NCBI GenBank assembly: GCA_951406725.2
Contig: OX597837.1
Location: forward strand, 2,356,001 to 2,420,000
Length of the DNA stretch: 64,000 nucleotides
Direction of reading: 5' to 3'
DNA from: Octopus vulgaris
Lineage: Eukaryota
This document shows positions 25,003 to 38,545 of this stretch, piece after piece. The number at the start of each line of letters is the position of its first letter. Positions within the stretch are counted from its first letter, which is position 1. The position numbers were made by a program, and so were the translations under genes. The notes beneath the pieces were generated by a model. It was not told the origin of the DNA. It saw only the letters and a list, made by a program, of their open reading frames with translations, and did not search any database.

Positions 25003-25082
<80 letters not shown>
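24993..25082. repeat. (CTA)n microsatellite
   Basis: Directly visible. Confidence 0.95.
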
Positions 25083-25481
25083 GTTGCTATAACGATGCAA
25101 CGCTGGAATATTTTTACGATCTATAGATCTGCTAGAAATAGTAGCCAGTTCTTCCTCAAATCACGTAAGTGCGTATATGTTTCTATATTTGTAGAGCATT
25201 TTGTATATCATGGATGGAATACCATTGATCTTATTAGGTCTTATAGGTCAGGATTGACCTGGGGTTAAACAGCAATAACATTGACAAAGGGAGCAAAAAC
25301 GATACTACCAACGCCATCACCACCTCCACCATTACCGCATAAAAACAACCGACCACCATCACCACCACCACCACCACCACTCTACCATTAACCACACTAC
25401 AAAACATCGGTGGCACATTCCCATCACCACTACCACCGTCACCACCACCACTTTCATCAACATGAACATTACCCCCATACG

Positions 25482-25706
25482 TATTTCTTTACTGCCCACA
25501 AGGGGCTAAACACAGAGGGGACAAACAAGGACAAACGGATTAAGTCGATTTTATCGACCCCAGTGCGTAACTGGTACTTAATTTATCGACCCCGAGAGGA
25601 TGAAAGGCAAAGTCGACCTCAGCGGAATTTGAACTCGGAACGTAACGACAGACGAAATACGGCTACGCATTTCGCCCGGCGTGCTAACGTTTCTACCAGC
25701 TCGCCA
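25482..25706 (-). mobile_element. SINE family B, full-length monomer
   Basis: Runs from the GGCGAGCTGGTAGAAACGTTAGC head to the AGCCCCTTGTGGGCAGTAAAGAAATA tail. Confidence 0.9.
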
Positions 25707-27209
25707 ACACACCTGTGCTGCTTCGTCTACCAACACCAGTACTACCTCGTCTACTAGCGCCAACATACCAGCACTGACTCTTCGACAACAATCACAAGAA
25801 GCACTACCGCCTGTACCAGCACCAAACCAACACCACCAATACATACCAGCACCAACACATCAGCACTGCTTCGCCTACAACCACCACCACCACCTCTCCC
25901 AACAGCAACACAACCACCACATGTTGACATTCACACTCAAGCACCGTCTCTTCGACAACAACCACCTGTGCTACCACCTATACCACCACCACCACGTAAG
26001 AATATATACACGTCCCCACCATTGGATCGTCTACTTCCTCTACCAACAACACCACCACCACCAATTGCAGCGCCACCGCCGTCGGCATCATTTCTAAAAC
26101 TGACACTGCCATAAGAAACATTGGTCCCTCAGTATTACCACTAGGTATCAATGTCACACCTTTGCATAACAGTCTACACACAACCACCACCACCACCACC
26201 GACAATAGCAACAACAGCAACACCTACAACAACAACAACTGGCTCCTAAGCTCCACTCTCGACACCAGACCTCACATACAACCACTCGTCCACGTCACCG
26301 CAACTCCATCACTACCAACACCGTATTCACGCCATCGCTAACCTCACATTCACGCTGCTTCCACCACCACCACCACCACCAACGACAACAACAGCGACAT
26401 CACCAGGCCACCATACAAACCACCAACCAATATTAAATTGGAGACTGCCATCAAATTAGAAGCAGGTGGAATGAATCACAGGAAACCATTATCCTCTTAT
26501 CTTTCTATTTCTAGCAGACACACACACACACACACACACACCACACACACACCACACACACATACACACACACACATGCCAGACGCATACACACATACAC
26601 ACACACACATGCCAGACGCATACACACATACATAAGTAGACAATGAGAGACACACAAAAACATATACACACAGACAAACACATAAACGTATACACACGTA
26701 CACACTAGCTCATGGTATCTCTATCTGCCTGCCTCTGTGTATCACACTCTAACAATGTATATATGAACGTATATATATATATATGTAATATGTGTGTGTG
26801 TGTGTGCGTGTGTGCGAGTGAGTGAATGTGTGTGCATGCATATATGTGTATATATATATATATGTCTGTATATATATATATGTATATATATATATGTCTG
26901 TATATATGTGTATATATATATGTGTGTGTGTATATGTGTATATATAATGTGTGCGTGTGTATATACGTATATAAATATGTATGTGCACATGCAGGCACAA
27001 ACATTGTTCATATTAAGTGTACAATTATTCGTAAAATACTCCGTCACTAATGCGTGTTAATTATGTAGTTCGTGTGGTCATCGACAAAGAACCCACAAGG
27101 TATATACGTATATATGGGGATGTATATACACTCATACATGTTTATGTATATATAGGCGTCAGTGATGTTTCATTGAAGCTGAAAATGTTGACCAGCTGTT
27201 ACGTAGAGG

Positions 27210-27249
27210 CTTGTCTGATGATCGGCAACGTGAAACGTTGTGTAACAGG
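27210..27249 (+). ncRNA. Minimal hammerhead ribozyme motif
   Basis: cuugu CUGAUGA ucg-GCAA-cgu GAAAC guugu GUA acagg; stem I 5 bp; stem II has a U-U first pair and a GNRA loop. Confidence 0.6.
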
Positions 27250-27331
27250 TTGTGAAGCTTTTCACCTTCAAACTGCAATAGTCTACTCTGCCTTTCTCAT
27301 TCCGGTACAATTTTCTTCTTTTCTATCTAGG

Positions 27332-27380
<49 letters not shown>

Positions 27381-27476
27381 CCTCTCTCTCTCCTTCAAAC
27401 ACGCACAAACACACATACATATATATATGTGCGTATGTATGTATATATACGTATGTATGCATATATTTGTATTATA

Positions 27477-27524
<48 letters not shown>

Positions 27525-27598
27525 TATATGTATATGTTTTGTGTAAGTATATATATGTATATATACATATATATATATAATATAAGTAATATATATAA

Positions 27599-27675
<77 letters not shown>

Positions 27676-27681
<6 letters not shown>

Positions 27682-28874
27682 GCGGTGAATAAATTTTCGT
27701 CTAAATTCTGCAAAAATGAAAATAACACATCTAATTTTAACAGATATATTTACCAAAATTACATAAAAATATATCTTGAAATATTAAACAGTAAATTTAT
27801 TCAATAAAATCGTCATTGGCTTCAAGCACGGCTTCCAGACGACTTCAGAATCTCCTGCAACTCTTCTGGACAGTCTCCTTGTTTAAGTTGGTGAATGCTG
27901 CCATAATGCTTACCTTTGGTGTTACAAGGCGTTTTGTTGGTCCCTCGTTCAACTGCACCTCACACATAATAATCAAGGGTGTTGCAGTCTGGGGAGTTAG
28001 GTGACCAGATGTTAGGGGGTGATGTGGTCGCAGAAATTGTCTGACAGCCATGACTGGGTTCTACATGGTGTAGAGTCTTGTTGTCAGATATAAGGTCTTC
28101 CAGCACCCACCCACTTGACCCAGGCAACACTTTCTCCAGGCCCTTGATGTAGGCCTCTATGTTGAGTCTGAGGCCGTGTGGAAAGATGAATGGAGGCATA
28201 ACATTGCCATCACTAGTGATTGCTCTAAACACTATGATGTTGACTGGATGTTTGATTTTTATCACTCTCGGTACGGTTGTTCTATGTATTTACCATCTGA
28301 AATTTTTCTCGTCTGAGAAAAACCAAAGCACGTTCGGTTGGAGGGGATGCTTGAGTTTGTCCAAAGGCTTCTTAGCGCGGTCTCACTTCTTGTCCTTGAT
28401 GGATTGGGATTTAAAAAAATGGCCCTTTCTCATCTTGTATGAGAAATATCGAATGTTTTCATGCACTATCTGCCTGATAATAAACTCAGACACTCCAATC
28501 TTCATGGTGATTGACCGAATTGACTCGGAGGGATCTTTGTCAATCATGGCGTGGATCTAACCAATAGATTCAGGAGTTCTTTTCTTAACAGGACGATCGA
28601 AGAGAGTTTTCCGAGCTGCCGTACCTACGTAATTACGATTAGACTCATCCGAATCTTTCCGAATCTTGACACCCAAACTCTGAAATGTCCATAGTGGAGC
28701 TTTGGCACGAATGCCAAGCAGTACAGCATGCCGTTTCCAAATCTCTGGCGGAGGAAATTGCGTCATAGTGGCATTTTTCTCATAGACGGTGGCCAGCTGA
28801 GTAGTCAACAAAATCAAAAACGAACAAAGCGCATGCGCGAAAAAAAATGATGACAATCTACCCATTGCTCCTTG
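27676..28874 (-). mobile_element. Degenerate Tc1/mariner (maT-like) DNA transposon
   Basis: Transposase motifs WFFSDEKNF, KHPVNIIVFRAITSDGNVMPPFIFPHGLRLN and WSPNSPDCNTLDYYV (cf. WPPNSPDLNPLDY); degenerate ~26-bp TIRs flanked by TA; many frameshifts. Confidence 0.9.
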
Positions 28875-28886
28875 TATGTATGTGTG

Positions 28887-28925
<39 letters not shown>

Positions 28926-28980
28926 ATATATAAATAAATGAAAGAATGGAGTTGAACGACGAATTAACAAAATTCCTTTA

Positions 28981-29063
28981 TTCTCGACATATGTTTCGAA
29001 GGCTGCATATTCCTAATTTCGAAGGAATAAGGGGTGCATTATGCCGCCTTATCATCAGGAAAA
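28981..29063 (-). ncRNA. Type I hammerhead ribozyme motif with long stem II (left arm)
   Basis: uuuuc CUGAUGA u-AAGGC..GCCUU-c GAAAC auau GUC gagaa; palindromic stem III ACAUAUGU; first stem II pair is a U-C mismatch. Confidence 0.72.
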
Positions 29064-29275
29064 ACAAGGAACTTATGTCAGCATCAAGATGAACAAAAAC
29101 TTTTAGATGACTGCCCACACGGAGCTCATAGCGATAATGAGTGTTTCTTTAAAATATTCCGTTATAAGCAACCATTTTGGACGTCACTGCTTATAACACT
29201 CATTATCGCTATGGGCTCCGTGTGGGCAGTCATCTAAAAGTTTTGTTCGTCTTGATGCTGACCTAAGTTCCTTGT

Positions 29276-29358
29276 TTTTCCTGATGAGAAGGCGGCATAA
29301 TGCACCCCTTATTCCTTCGAAATTAGGAATATGCAGCCTTCGAAACATATGTGGAGAT
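29276..29358 (+). ncRNA. Type I hammerhead ribozyme motif (right arm; GUG at the cleavage triplet)
   Basis: uuuuc CUGAUGA GAAGGC..GCCUUC GAAAC auau GUG gagau. Confidence 0.68.
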
Positions 29359-29525
29359 TAAAGGAATTTTGTTAATTCGTCGTTCAACTCCATTCTTTCA
29401 TTTATTTGTATTAAAAAAACACACAAATTTCCACACGAAAGCACGTGATCTCTGCCCTTGAATTTGCTACCCAGGTATCGGTTAACCGAATTATCCATAA
29501 TAAGATAATTCATTCAACTACTCAG

Positions 29526-29645
<120 letters not shown>

Positions 29646-29660
29646 GTATATATAGATACA

Positions 29661-29708
29661 TATACATATAGATATAAATATATTTTATACATACATACGT
29701 ACATATAT

Positions 29709-29752
<44 letters not shown>

Positions 29753-29858
29753 TAACATTATGACCCGTAGTTGCCGGGTCTTAGTGCTAGTGCATGTATA
29801 TATGTGTATATATATATATGTGTACATATTACATGTACATCTATATATATACATCTAC

Positions 29859-29894
<36 letters not shown>

Positions 29895-29960
29895 TAGATA
29901 GATAGATAGATATACATATAGATATAAATATATTTTATACATACATACATATATATACAT

Positions 29961-29995
<35 letters not shown>

Positions 29996-30119
29996 TATAT
30001 ATATATATACTAACATTATGACCCGTAGTTGCCGGGTCTTAGTGCTAGTGCATGTATATATGTGTATATATATATGTGTGTACATATTACATGTACATCT
30101 ATATATATACATCTACACA
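29661..30119 (+). repeat. Tandem duplication (~250-258 bp unit) containing a 41-bp palindrome
   Basis: ACTAACATTATGACCCGTAGTTGCCGGGTCTTAGTGCTAGT at 29751 and 30009, with matching flanks. Confidence 0.88.
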
Positions 30120-31684
30120 TAAAATACAAAATACAAAGTTATGTCTTGATATCGCTAGTGATAACAATACTCAAAATATATAACAGACTGGAATTGTAGG
30201 CGATCAATTGTATCTTGTCCTCCCTCTTGTATAGAAGTGTGGCTACAATCCAGCCTTCCTCTACTTCTGGGGGGGATCCCACGTCCTACGTCCCAGATAT
30301 TAAAAATAAAATATTTCCACTTTGCCGAGTCGGACGCTCCGTTGACTCGAACCTTGCTTCTATTGTGTCGAATTTACCGCCTCTGGTTAGATACTTGATA
30401 TCGTTCATAGTCGCACCAAGACACTTTTCGGTGGTGCTTTCCTACAGGTGTTCAAATCTTTTTTTCTCTACATTGTATACTTTATAGACAATAGTCTTTT
30501 CTTTAATTTAATTTTTTATTCTGTTTAGTGGTGTTATCCTAGATTCACCGTTTGGTCGGTGATCAATCCGAAATAGGTTTATATTTCTTCCATTTTAATT
30601 TTAATGAGTTCGCGCCCGCCGACGGCTGCAGCGAAATTCATTTTTGGACTTTCTTCTATCGAAGGCATTCTAACAAAAATGCTTCCGTATAAACGGTGAA
30701 AATATTGTCAATTTCCCCAAACAGGGACAATTCAATTTTTAAACAATAACCAAAGCTCCTTCTCCCAAAGGGGGAGGGCTACGGTTTACAATTATTTAAC
30801 AAATGCAACACAACAACGTTTCCCTTACGAGGAACCAACAAACGTGATAACAATAGTTAAACATTAATAATAATAACAACAAACCTTACGTGAATCAAAA
30901 AGCAGTACGCAGTTGAAGCTATAGTCCTTTATGTATAAGAAATAAACCAACAGCAGTACTCAGTAGGAGCGGCTGTTCGAGAAAACAAACATTACATACA
31001 GCCAAACTTCATATAGATACTTAATGCTAGCTAATTAGCAGATAATCTAATGTAAAAGCCGTGGTAAACGGTATGTGCACACCTCCATCTGGACTGTTCC
31101 ATTTCTGCGCATTAATTTTATTTTTAATTTATTTCCATTCATGTGAAACCACTTATTCAAGTTCAAGTCATTGATGCAATTTTATACCAATTGCTATTTT
31201 AAATTTTTATTGTTATGTTGCGATTTAATTATTATATTATACTTTAGTTTGATTTTAATGATTACTTACTACATATAATTCAATTGTTATTATTATCTCT
31301 AATTTTTATTGTTAAAGTGGAAGTATCTGACATAAAATAGAGAAATGTTTTTGTTTCACTTTTAACACGTAATAGTGGAGAAGATATGATATTGCTATAG
31401 CCTCACCCTAGACAAGAAGTGGAACATTTTTTTTGCCCATGAAACTACATGGACCCTAAGTAAGGCACGTGTAAAATTTGAATGAAATTGGTTGTGTAGT
31501 TCTCAAGTTTTAGGGAATCGTAGTGGAGAAGATATGATATTGCTGTGGGCTCGCCCTAGGCAAAAAGTTAAAAACTTTTTTGCCGATGACACTCCCCGGA
31601 CCCTAAGTAAGGCATGTGTAAAATTTGAATGAAATTGGCTGTGTAGTTCTCAAGTTTTAGGGAAACACACAGACAGACAGACAG

Positions 31685-31718
<34 letters not shown>

Positions 31719-31742
31719 TCTCAATTTTATAAATATAGAGAT
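30009..31742 (-). mobile_element. Probable non-autonomous Helitron-like element
   Basis: Minus strand starts a|TCTCTATATTTATAAAA then (TG)n(TCTG)n; 148-bp internal tandem duplication (31373 and 31521); GACCCG/CGGGTC hairpin plus TTAGt at the far end. Continuity across the middle is not proven. Confidence 0.55.
30195..30520 (-). pseudogene. Degenerate coding-like fragment, possibly LINE ORF1
   Basis: One frame reads KTIVYKVYNVEKKRFEHL*ESTTEKCLGATMNDIKYLTRGGKFDTIEARFES..*DVGSPPEVEEGWIVATLLYK, with only two TAG stops in about 100 codons; family assignment is inferred. Confidence 0.4.
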
Positions 31743-31959
31743 TCATGTAAAAAGTTTTTTCTCGTTTTGTATACATGCATACATATGTATATGTATTTAT
31801 TTTTTTCTTATCTTTTTTATTTCTTTCATTCTTTCACCTGCGGCCATGCTGGGGCATCGCCTTCAAGAATTTAGTTGGGCAAATTGCCTCCAGTGCTGAA
31901 TTTTTAAAGCATTTTACTGTTTCTGGTGAACTAAACAAACAGTGGTATATATATATAAA

Positions 31960-32228
31960 TGGTCTCCTTATTCAATCCGAATTAGGGACTTTGCAGCCTT
32001 TGAAACATATGTAGAAAGTAATAAAAAGGAATTTTGTTAAATCTTCGTTCAGCTCCATTTCTTCCTACACTAAATATATAATACTTCAAATTTCCGCACT
32101 AAGGCACGGGTTTGAGACCCCATGGTCGTAACCTCTACCGTGATTCTTCTGTTGTGATTTTTGCTACCCAGGTATCGGTTATCATTTGAATAATCCGTAA
32201 TAAGAAAAATCATTTATCTACTTCAATA
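31960..32228 (+). mobile_element. Diverged relative of the 28932 element (right arm and tail; partial hammerhead)
   Basis: TGCAGCCTTTGAAACATATGTAG, AAAGGAATTTTGTTAA and TTTGCTACCCAGGTATCGGTTA are shared with 29330-29520. Confidence 0.75.
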
Positions 32229-32262
<34 letters not shown>

Positions 32263-32269
32263 ATGTATA

Positions 32270-32420
32270 CAACGGACTTCTTTCAGTTTTCCTCTACCAA
32301 ATCCATTCAAAAAAGCTTTGGTCGGCTCGGGGCTAGAATAGAATTCACTTGTCAAAGGTGTAAATGGACTGAAACCGGAACCATGTGGTTGGGAAGCAAA
32401 GTTCTTACCATACACCCACA
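32270..32420 (-). mobile_element. SINE family A 5' half
   Basis: Reverse complement of the family A head. Confidence 0.78.
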
Positions 32421-32982
32421 CCTGTACTTATATACATACATAATCCCTACTCTATATCCACCCCCTCGGCTGTTAATCAATTTATTCACCTCTTCCACGG
32501 AACTACACCATTACCATAATCATCATGAGCCCAGGAATATCACTGTATCGAGTCTCAGGATTCACAGAGACGGTTATGAAACTTCCAATGCCTGCGAGTG
32601 ACCGAGGCCATTCCTTCCCTCCGCCTAACAGGATGTCAGTCCGTCACAAAGTCACACAGCTGAGCAACATAAAATGAAGTGTTTTGCTCAAGAACAAAAC
32701 TCACTACCCGATCCAGAAATCGAAACCACTGTCGTGCGATCATGTGTGCGGCACCTTAACCACTAAGCTCGCCAGATTCCCTACCATCTGGAAATTTCCG
32801 CCTTAAACACTACCTGCAAACCCCACACCTCTATATGTCCAAATCCCGCCTTCCCCATGGCTTCAATTTCTACTACAGCCAATGTACATACATTGCTTCC
32901 GCAACCGTACTTATTAAAATCAATTTATTACTTCATCATTCACACCTCTTCTCTATATCTCTCTGTCATATGTATACATATT

Positions 32983-33192
32983 GTTAATCCAAACATGAAA
33001 ACACAAAGAGAAAACACAACAACGCGAGGACGTGGAACAAGTATAATATTATTGGATGCTCAGGAAAGAAGGAAAGAAGGAGGGTTTAACGTTTTGAGCG
33101 GAGCTCTTCGTCAGAAACATAGGGAAAGGAAAGATCCAAAGAAGGGAAGACGAAGGAAAAAATTGTCAACAGTACACACTCGGTCACATTTT
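32983..33192 (-). mobile_element. ~210-bp hammerhead-bearing repeat, copy 1 (core mutated, GAAAC to AAAAC)
   Basis: Highly similar to 42622-42824; hammerhead motif at 33084-33118. Confidence 0.8.
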
Positions 33193-33401
33193 GAATGACC
33201 GATATATATGTGTGTATATATATATATTCGAGTGCGTGTCAAATTAATACAAAATGCTTGCTGACTCCTCACCTGACTTCGTCTTTTGAACCATACACAT
33301 ACACACGCATATACATACATATATATACTTACATATACATAAATACAAAGATACATATATACATGCATACAAATATATATATATATGTGTGTGTGTGTGT
33401 G

Positions 33402-33449
<48 letters not shown>

Positions 33450-33867
33450 CAGGTGCACGGTGTGCCACGCGCCAGGTGTTACCGCAAAGCAGTCAGATGA
33501 AGTGTTTTGCTCAAGAACACAACGTGCCACCCGTTTTAGAATTCGAGCTTAGGATCGCTAGATCGTGACTCCAGCATCCAAATCACTACGGCATATACTG
33601 CACATGCGCATACTCTTATATATAAATGCATACATACAAATATGTACACGTAAATATACATACACCTTTGTTCCATACGCACTCTTTCTACTGTCTCTCT
33701 CTTTCGTTCTCTCCCTCAGAGTCTCTCATTCACTCTCTGTCTCTTTCTCTCTTCTCTCAATTTCTGTCTCTCGTTCATTCTTCTTTTTTATTCTCCTCTT
33801 TTTTATCAACCAGTGTCAATTAATCTCTCTTCAACAGAGTTATTTCTTCCATTCACGCTCTCACCAC

Positions 33868-33930
<63 letters not shown>

Positions 33931-34194
33931 AGTGTACATATGCACACAAATGTATAAATACATGTGTATCTATATATATATAGATACATACATACATACA
34001 TAACATACGTATATCTGCATATATGTGTGTGTGTACATGTATAATACATATATACACATTTATAAATAAATACATATTTATTTGTCTTTTTATAGATGTA
34101 TGTGTAGATGTGTATATATTTATATCTATATACACACACATTCATACATATATACATATATATACATACAAACATACATGTACACATACATATA

Positions 34195-34251
<57 letters not shown>

Positions 34252-34386
34252 GCTTCTTATTGTGTCTGTGATTCTCTTCATATCTCTACTGCCCCCCACA
34301 CCTGTAAACCAGGTGGAATGAATCACAAGAGTCCATTATCCTTTCTTCTCTCCAACCCTTCTCTCTCTCTCTCTCTCTCTCTTTCT

Positions 34387-34420
<34 letters not shown>

Positions 34421-34593
34421 CTATCTCTATATCTATCTCTATCTCTATGTATGTCTCCCTCTCACTGTCTCTTTCCCCGCTTATCAATGTCCAACGAAAA
34501 TATTTTGATAATTTAGTTTCCATCGTAACACAAAATAACAAGGAATTTTCAAAATGACGAATTTGGTATTTTCCGTGCTGACAAAAATTATAA

Positions 34594-34601
34594 ACAACAG
34601 C

Positions 34602-34663
<62 letters not shown>

Positions 34664-35048
34664 AGATAATAGCGTCAAGAACCACAACAACAACAGCGGT
34701 TACAACAATAACAACAAAAACTGCGACATCAATTATAATAACAGCAATATTAGTCAGGTCAATAATAACAATAAAATTTAAAATAATAAAAGACGACAAC
34801 AATAACAAGAACAGCAGCAACACAAACAACAACGATGTCGTCATCGACTGTAATAACATGAACGTAATGAAAAGTAACAGCAACACTCATTACAACATTC
34901 AGAATAGCAACAGCAATAACAAGAACGACGACAACAACAACAACAACAACAACAACAGAATTTACTGTCGAAACGGGAATAACTGTAACAACAGCATTAA
35001 TGTGGAGAGCAATTATAATGGTAGCAACATCAACAACAACAACAATAA
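34594..35048. repeat. (AAC)n-rich low-complexity tract
   Basis: Directly visible. Confidence 0.88.
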
Positions 35049-35049
35049 T

Positions 35050-35253
35050 CTTTTCTACTAGAGGCACAAGGCGCGAAGTTTTGGGAGGAGGTGAGGCCCA
35101 GTCGATTAGATCGACACCAGTACGAAACTGGTACTTAATTTATCAACCCTGAAAGGATGAAAGGCAAAGTCGACCCCGGCAGAATTTGAACTCAGAACGT
35201 AAAGATGGATGAAATGCCGCTAACCATTTTGCCCGGCATGCCAACGATTCTGC

Positions 35254-35305
<52 letters not shown>

Positions 35306-35351
35306 CAACAACAACAATAATAATAATAATAATAACAACAACAACAACAAC

Positions 35352-35392
<41 letters not shown>

Positions 35393-35441
35393 CAACAACA
35401 ACAACAATAATAATAATAACAACAACAACAACAACAACAAC

Positions 35442-35495
<54 letters not shown>

Positions 35496-36130
35496 CCTTT
35501 CTACTAAAAGCAGAAGGCCTGTAATTTGGGGGGAGAGGATGAGTCGATTACATCGACCCTAGTGCGTAACTGGTACTTATTTCAGCGACTTCGAAAGGAT
35601 GAAAGACAAAGTCGACCTCGGCGGAATTGAACTCAGAACGTAGCGACAGGCAAATTACTGCTAAGCATTTCGTCCAGCGTGCTAACGTTTCTGCCAGCTC
35701 GCTGCCCTTAATAACAATAATAATAATGGTTTCGAATTTTGGTAAAGGCCAGCAATTTCGAAGGAAGGCAAATCGATTCGATCGACCCCAGTACTCAACT
35801 GGTATTTATTTTATCGACCCCGAAAGGATGGAAGGCAAAGTCAACTTCGGCGGCACTTGTACTCAGAACGTAAAGACGGACAAAATGCCGCAAAGCACTT
35901 TGTCCGGCCTGCTGATGATTCTGCAAACGTGCTGCCTTATAATAACAAACAAAATAACAACAACAACAATATAAACAAATACAATCAAGACAAACTGCCT
36001 TGCGATACTTTTTCCGACACCTTATAAACTGAGTTCAAATCGCGCCGAGGTCAGTTTTTGCCATTTTATCCTCCTGAGATCGATACATAAAGTACCGAGC
36101 AAGATCATTGGACAGATGAACTCCTCAAAG
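35050..36130. mobile_element. Cluster of four SINE family B copies (35050-35255 -, 35494-35708 -, 35727-35938 -, ~36000-36130 +) around an (AAT/AAC)n array
   Basis: Family core in each copy; the array lies at 35255-35494. Confidence 0.83.
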
Positions 36131-36495
36131 CAGGGATGAGGTGCCTTGTTGTATTTGCTTTGTATGTTTACGTTCAAATCCCACCACTGTTACGTCATCA
36201 CTGACTCAGTTCCATTGTTTGAAAGTTTATAGTAAGCTCTTACAGTTTGTTAGATTTCTGTTTTGTTTTGCCTTTTGCTTTAATTTTATCGATCTTCCGG
36301 GTGGATGGGTCTGCTGTAATACACGTTCAGTGACCCCTACTTCTTTAACATCGCTGCCTTCTTAATCTTCTCGCTATCTACAATTGATAATTGCAATTCC
36401 ATCTTTTTCATTTGTCTTTTCCATTTTTACCAACTACCCTTTTCCTCCGTTTCCTTTTTTTCCATCTTTGTTTTTCTTCTTCGTCATCTTCTACT

Positions 36496-36628
<133 letters not shown>

Positions 36629-36910
36629 GGGTTTGTATGATTGTGTATAGAGGGATATATATTATACAAAGAAATTCCAACTCTGTTTTCTATGTTTTAT
36701 TTATATTCTTTATAATATTAATGTAGAATATAGAATATATCGTATAAATAATATATATATATAGTAAAATGAAATGAAGTATTGATTGTCTTTTTGAATA
36801 GATGAAATATTGAATATCAAATATTAAGGGACTAGTATACTTTCTTGCATTAAAGCAGTCTTCAAGGTTCCAGGTTGTGACAGGAATGTTTCAATATATA
36901 TATATATATG

Positions 36911-36962
36911 AGAAAGGAGCTAAGATTATGCTTTCCATGGGTCTGTCATTGGCTATCTCTCT

Positions 36963-37026
<64 letters not shown>

Positions 37027-37251
37027 ATAATGATGATGATGATGACGATGACGAAAGTGGCGGAGCAGTAGCGAAATATCTTCATTTAATACAACACATA
37101 TTATTAATATCATTATTATTATTACTATCATTATCATCCTCCTCCTCATCATCATCATCATCATCAGAAAGAGAGAGACAGATAGAGAGAGAGAGAGTGA
37201 GAGAGATACCCAATGACAGGCCACTGAAAATCATAATCTTGGCTCCTTTCT
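36911..37251. repeat. Diverged foldback: unique ~50 bp + (CT)n + (GAT)n, mirrored by (ATC)n + (AG)n + unique
   Basis: AGAAAGGAGCTAAGATTATG..CTGTCATTGGCTATCTCT versus AGAGATACCCAATGACAG..CATAATCTTGGCTCCTTTCT. Confidence 0.8.
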
Positions 37252-37332
37252 TAAGTCTTCTGATTTGACAGCCAACTACGCGCTTTACAGTAGACGAGTG
37301 TTGGAATCCTGCAGTGGACGTTGTTATTATTA

Positions 37333-37535
37333 GCTGGCAGCATCGCTAGCACGCCGGACAAAATGCTTAGCAGCATTTCTTCCGTCTCTACGTTCTGATT
37401 TCAAATTCTGCCGGGGTCGACTTTGCCTTTCATCTTTTCGGGGTAGGTAAAATAAGTACCACTTGTGTACTGGGGGTCGATGCAATTGATTTATCCCTCC
37501 CCTCAAATTACATCCCTTGTTCCTACAATAGAAAG
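37333..37535 (+). mobile_element. SINE family B copy
   Basis: Family head and core. Confidence 0.83.
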
Positions 37536-37554
37536 AATTATTATTATTATTTTT

Positions 37555-37585
<31 letters not shown>

Positions 37586-37591
37586 TTATTA

Positions 37592-38002
37592 TTGAAAGAG
37601 TAGATACTACCAAAGTGACACTGGGGTAAAATATACGAAGCCCAGAATACCTATCATGACTACCCGTGTGATAAGAGTACACCAGGCCCATGCATCACAA
37701 CCATATATGCGCGACATGGTGATCTCATATCAAGATAAACAGTGCATGACTTTGCAGGTAGAACCCAGTTAGAATTTTCTTAAGATCGAGTAGCCCATCC
37801 CACTCAAAAAGGTCCCTGAATAAGGTTCGTTTTAAGGATGTTGAACAAAACGCCCACGTTTCCAGAGGTGAATTATTCAAACCCCCAAAAATTCCTCTCA
37901 ACACATGGCTATGATGCTCCCCAACTACTTCTGTTCGTGATCGGAGATGCGCATATCATCATCCACTAAGGGACATACTCAACTGGTTAAGGTCAAACAA
38001 CT
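37592..38002. mobile_element. Family E (TAA-embedded ~560-bp element), truncated copy
   Basis: Colinear with 63230-63643; preceded by (ATT)n. Confidence 0.85.
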
Positions 38003-38119
38003 AACTACTAACAAAGAAAGAACGGAAAGAAAATTCACAGCGACAATGCTCTTCTCAGTCTTGGTGAAATAACAATTAAGACAATCTTATACATTTCCTG
38101 CATGGATGGTAAGAAAGGG

Positions 38120-38545
38120 AAGGCGGTGAGCTGGCAGAATCGTTAGCACGAAATGCTTAGCGGCATTTCACCCATCTTTACGATCGGAGCTCAAATTCCG
38201 CCGAGGTCGGCTTTGCCTTTTATTCTTTCGGGGGTTGATAAATTAAGTACCAGTGAAATACTGGGGTAAATGTAATTGATTAGTCTCCTCCAAAATTTCA
38301 GGCCTTGTGCCTTTACTAGAAAGAAATTATTATTATTGTTGCTGTTGTGCAGTTAGAATCGTTAGCACTCACGGTAGAATTCTTACCAGTATCTTGTTCG
38401 TCTTTAAGTTCTGAGTTCAAATGCCGCCGAGGTCGACTTTGAGTTTTGTCCTTTTGGGGTTGATCCAATAAATATCTGATGAGTACTGGGGTGCATGTGT
38501 TAGTGCACTCGATTGACTCCCACCTCTACCATGTGAAGGAATGTG
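38120..38545 (+). mobile_element. Two SINE family B copies (38120-38322 and 38350-38545)
   Basis: Family head and core in each. Confidence 0.8.

Larger units (their letters stand above)
28932..29525. mobile_element. Foldback element: ~213-bp inverted arms (28932-29145 and 29195-29407) plus unpaired right tail, hammerhead in each arm
   Basis: Near-perfect inverted repeat; small internal IR GTTATAAGCA/TGCTTATAAC; (TA)n flanks; related single-arm relic at 31960-32228. Confidence 0.88.

Noticed and set aside
27960-28970. Functional transposase gene
   Set aside because: The reading frame is broken by multiple frameshifts and stops, and the TIRs are degenerate.
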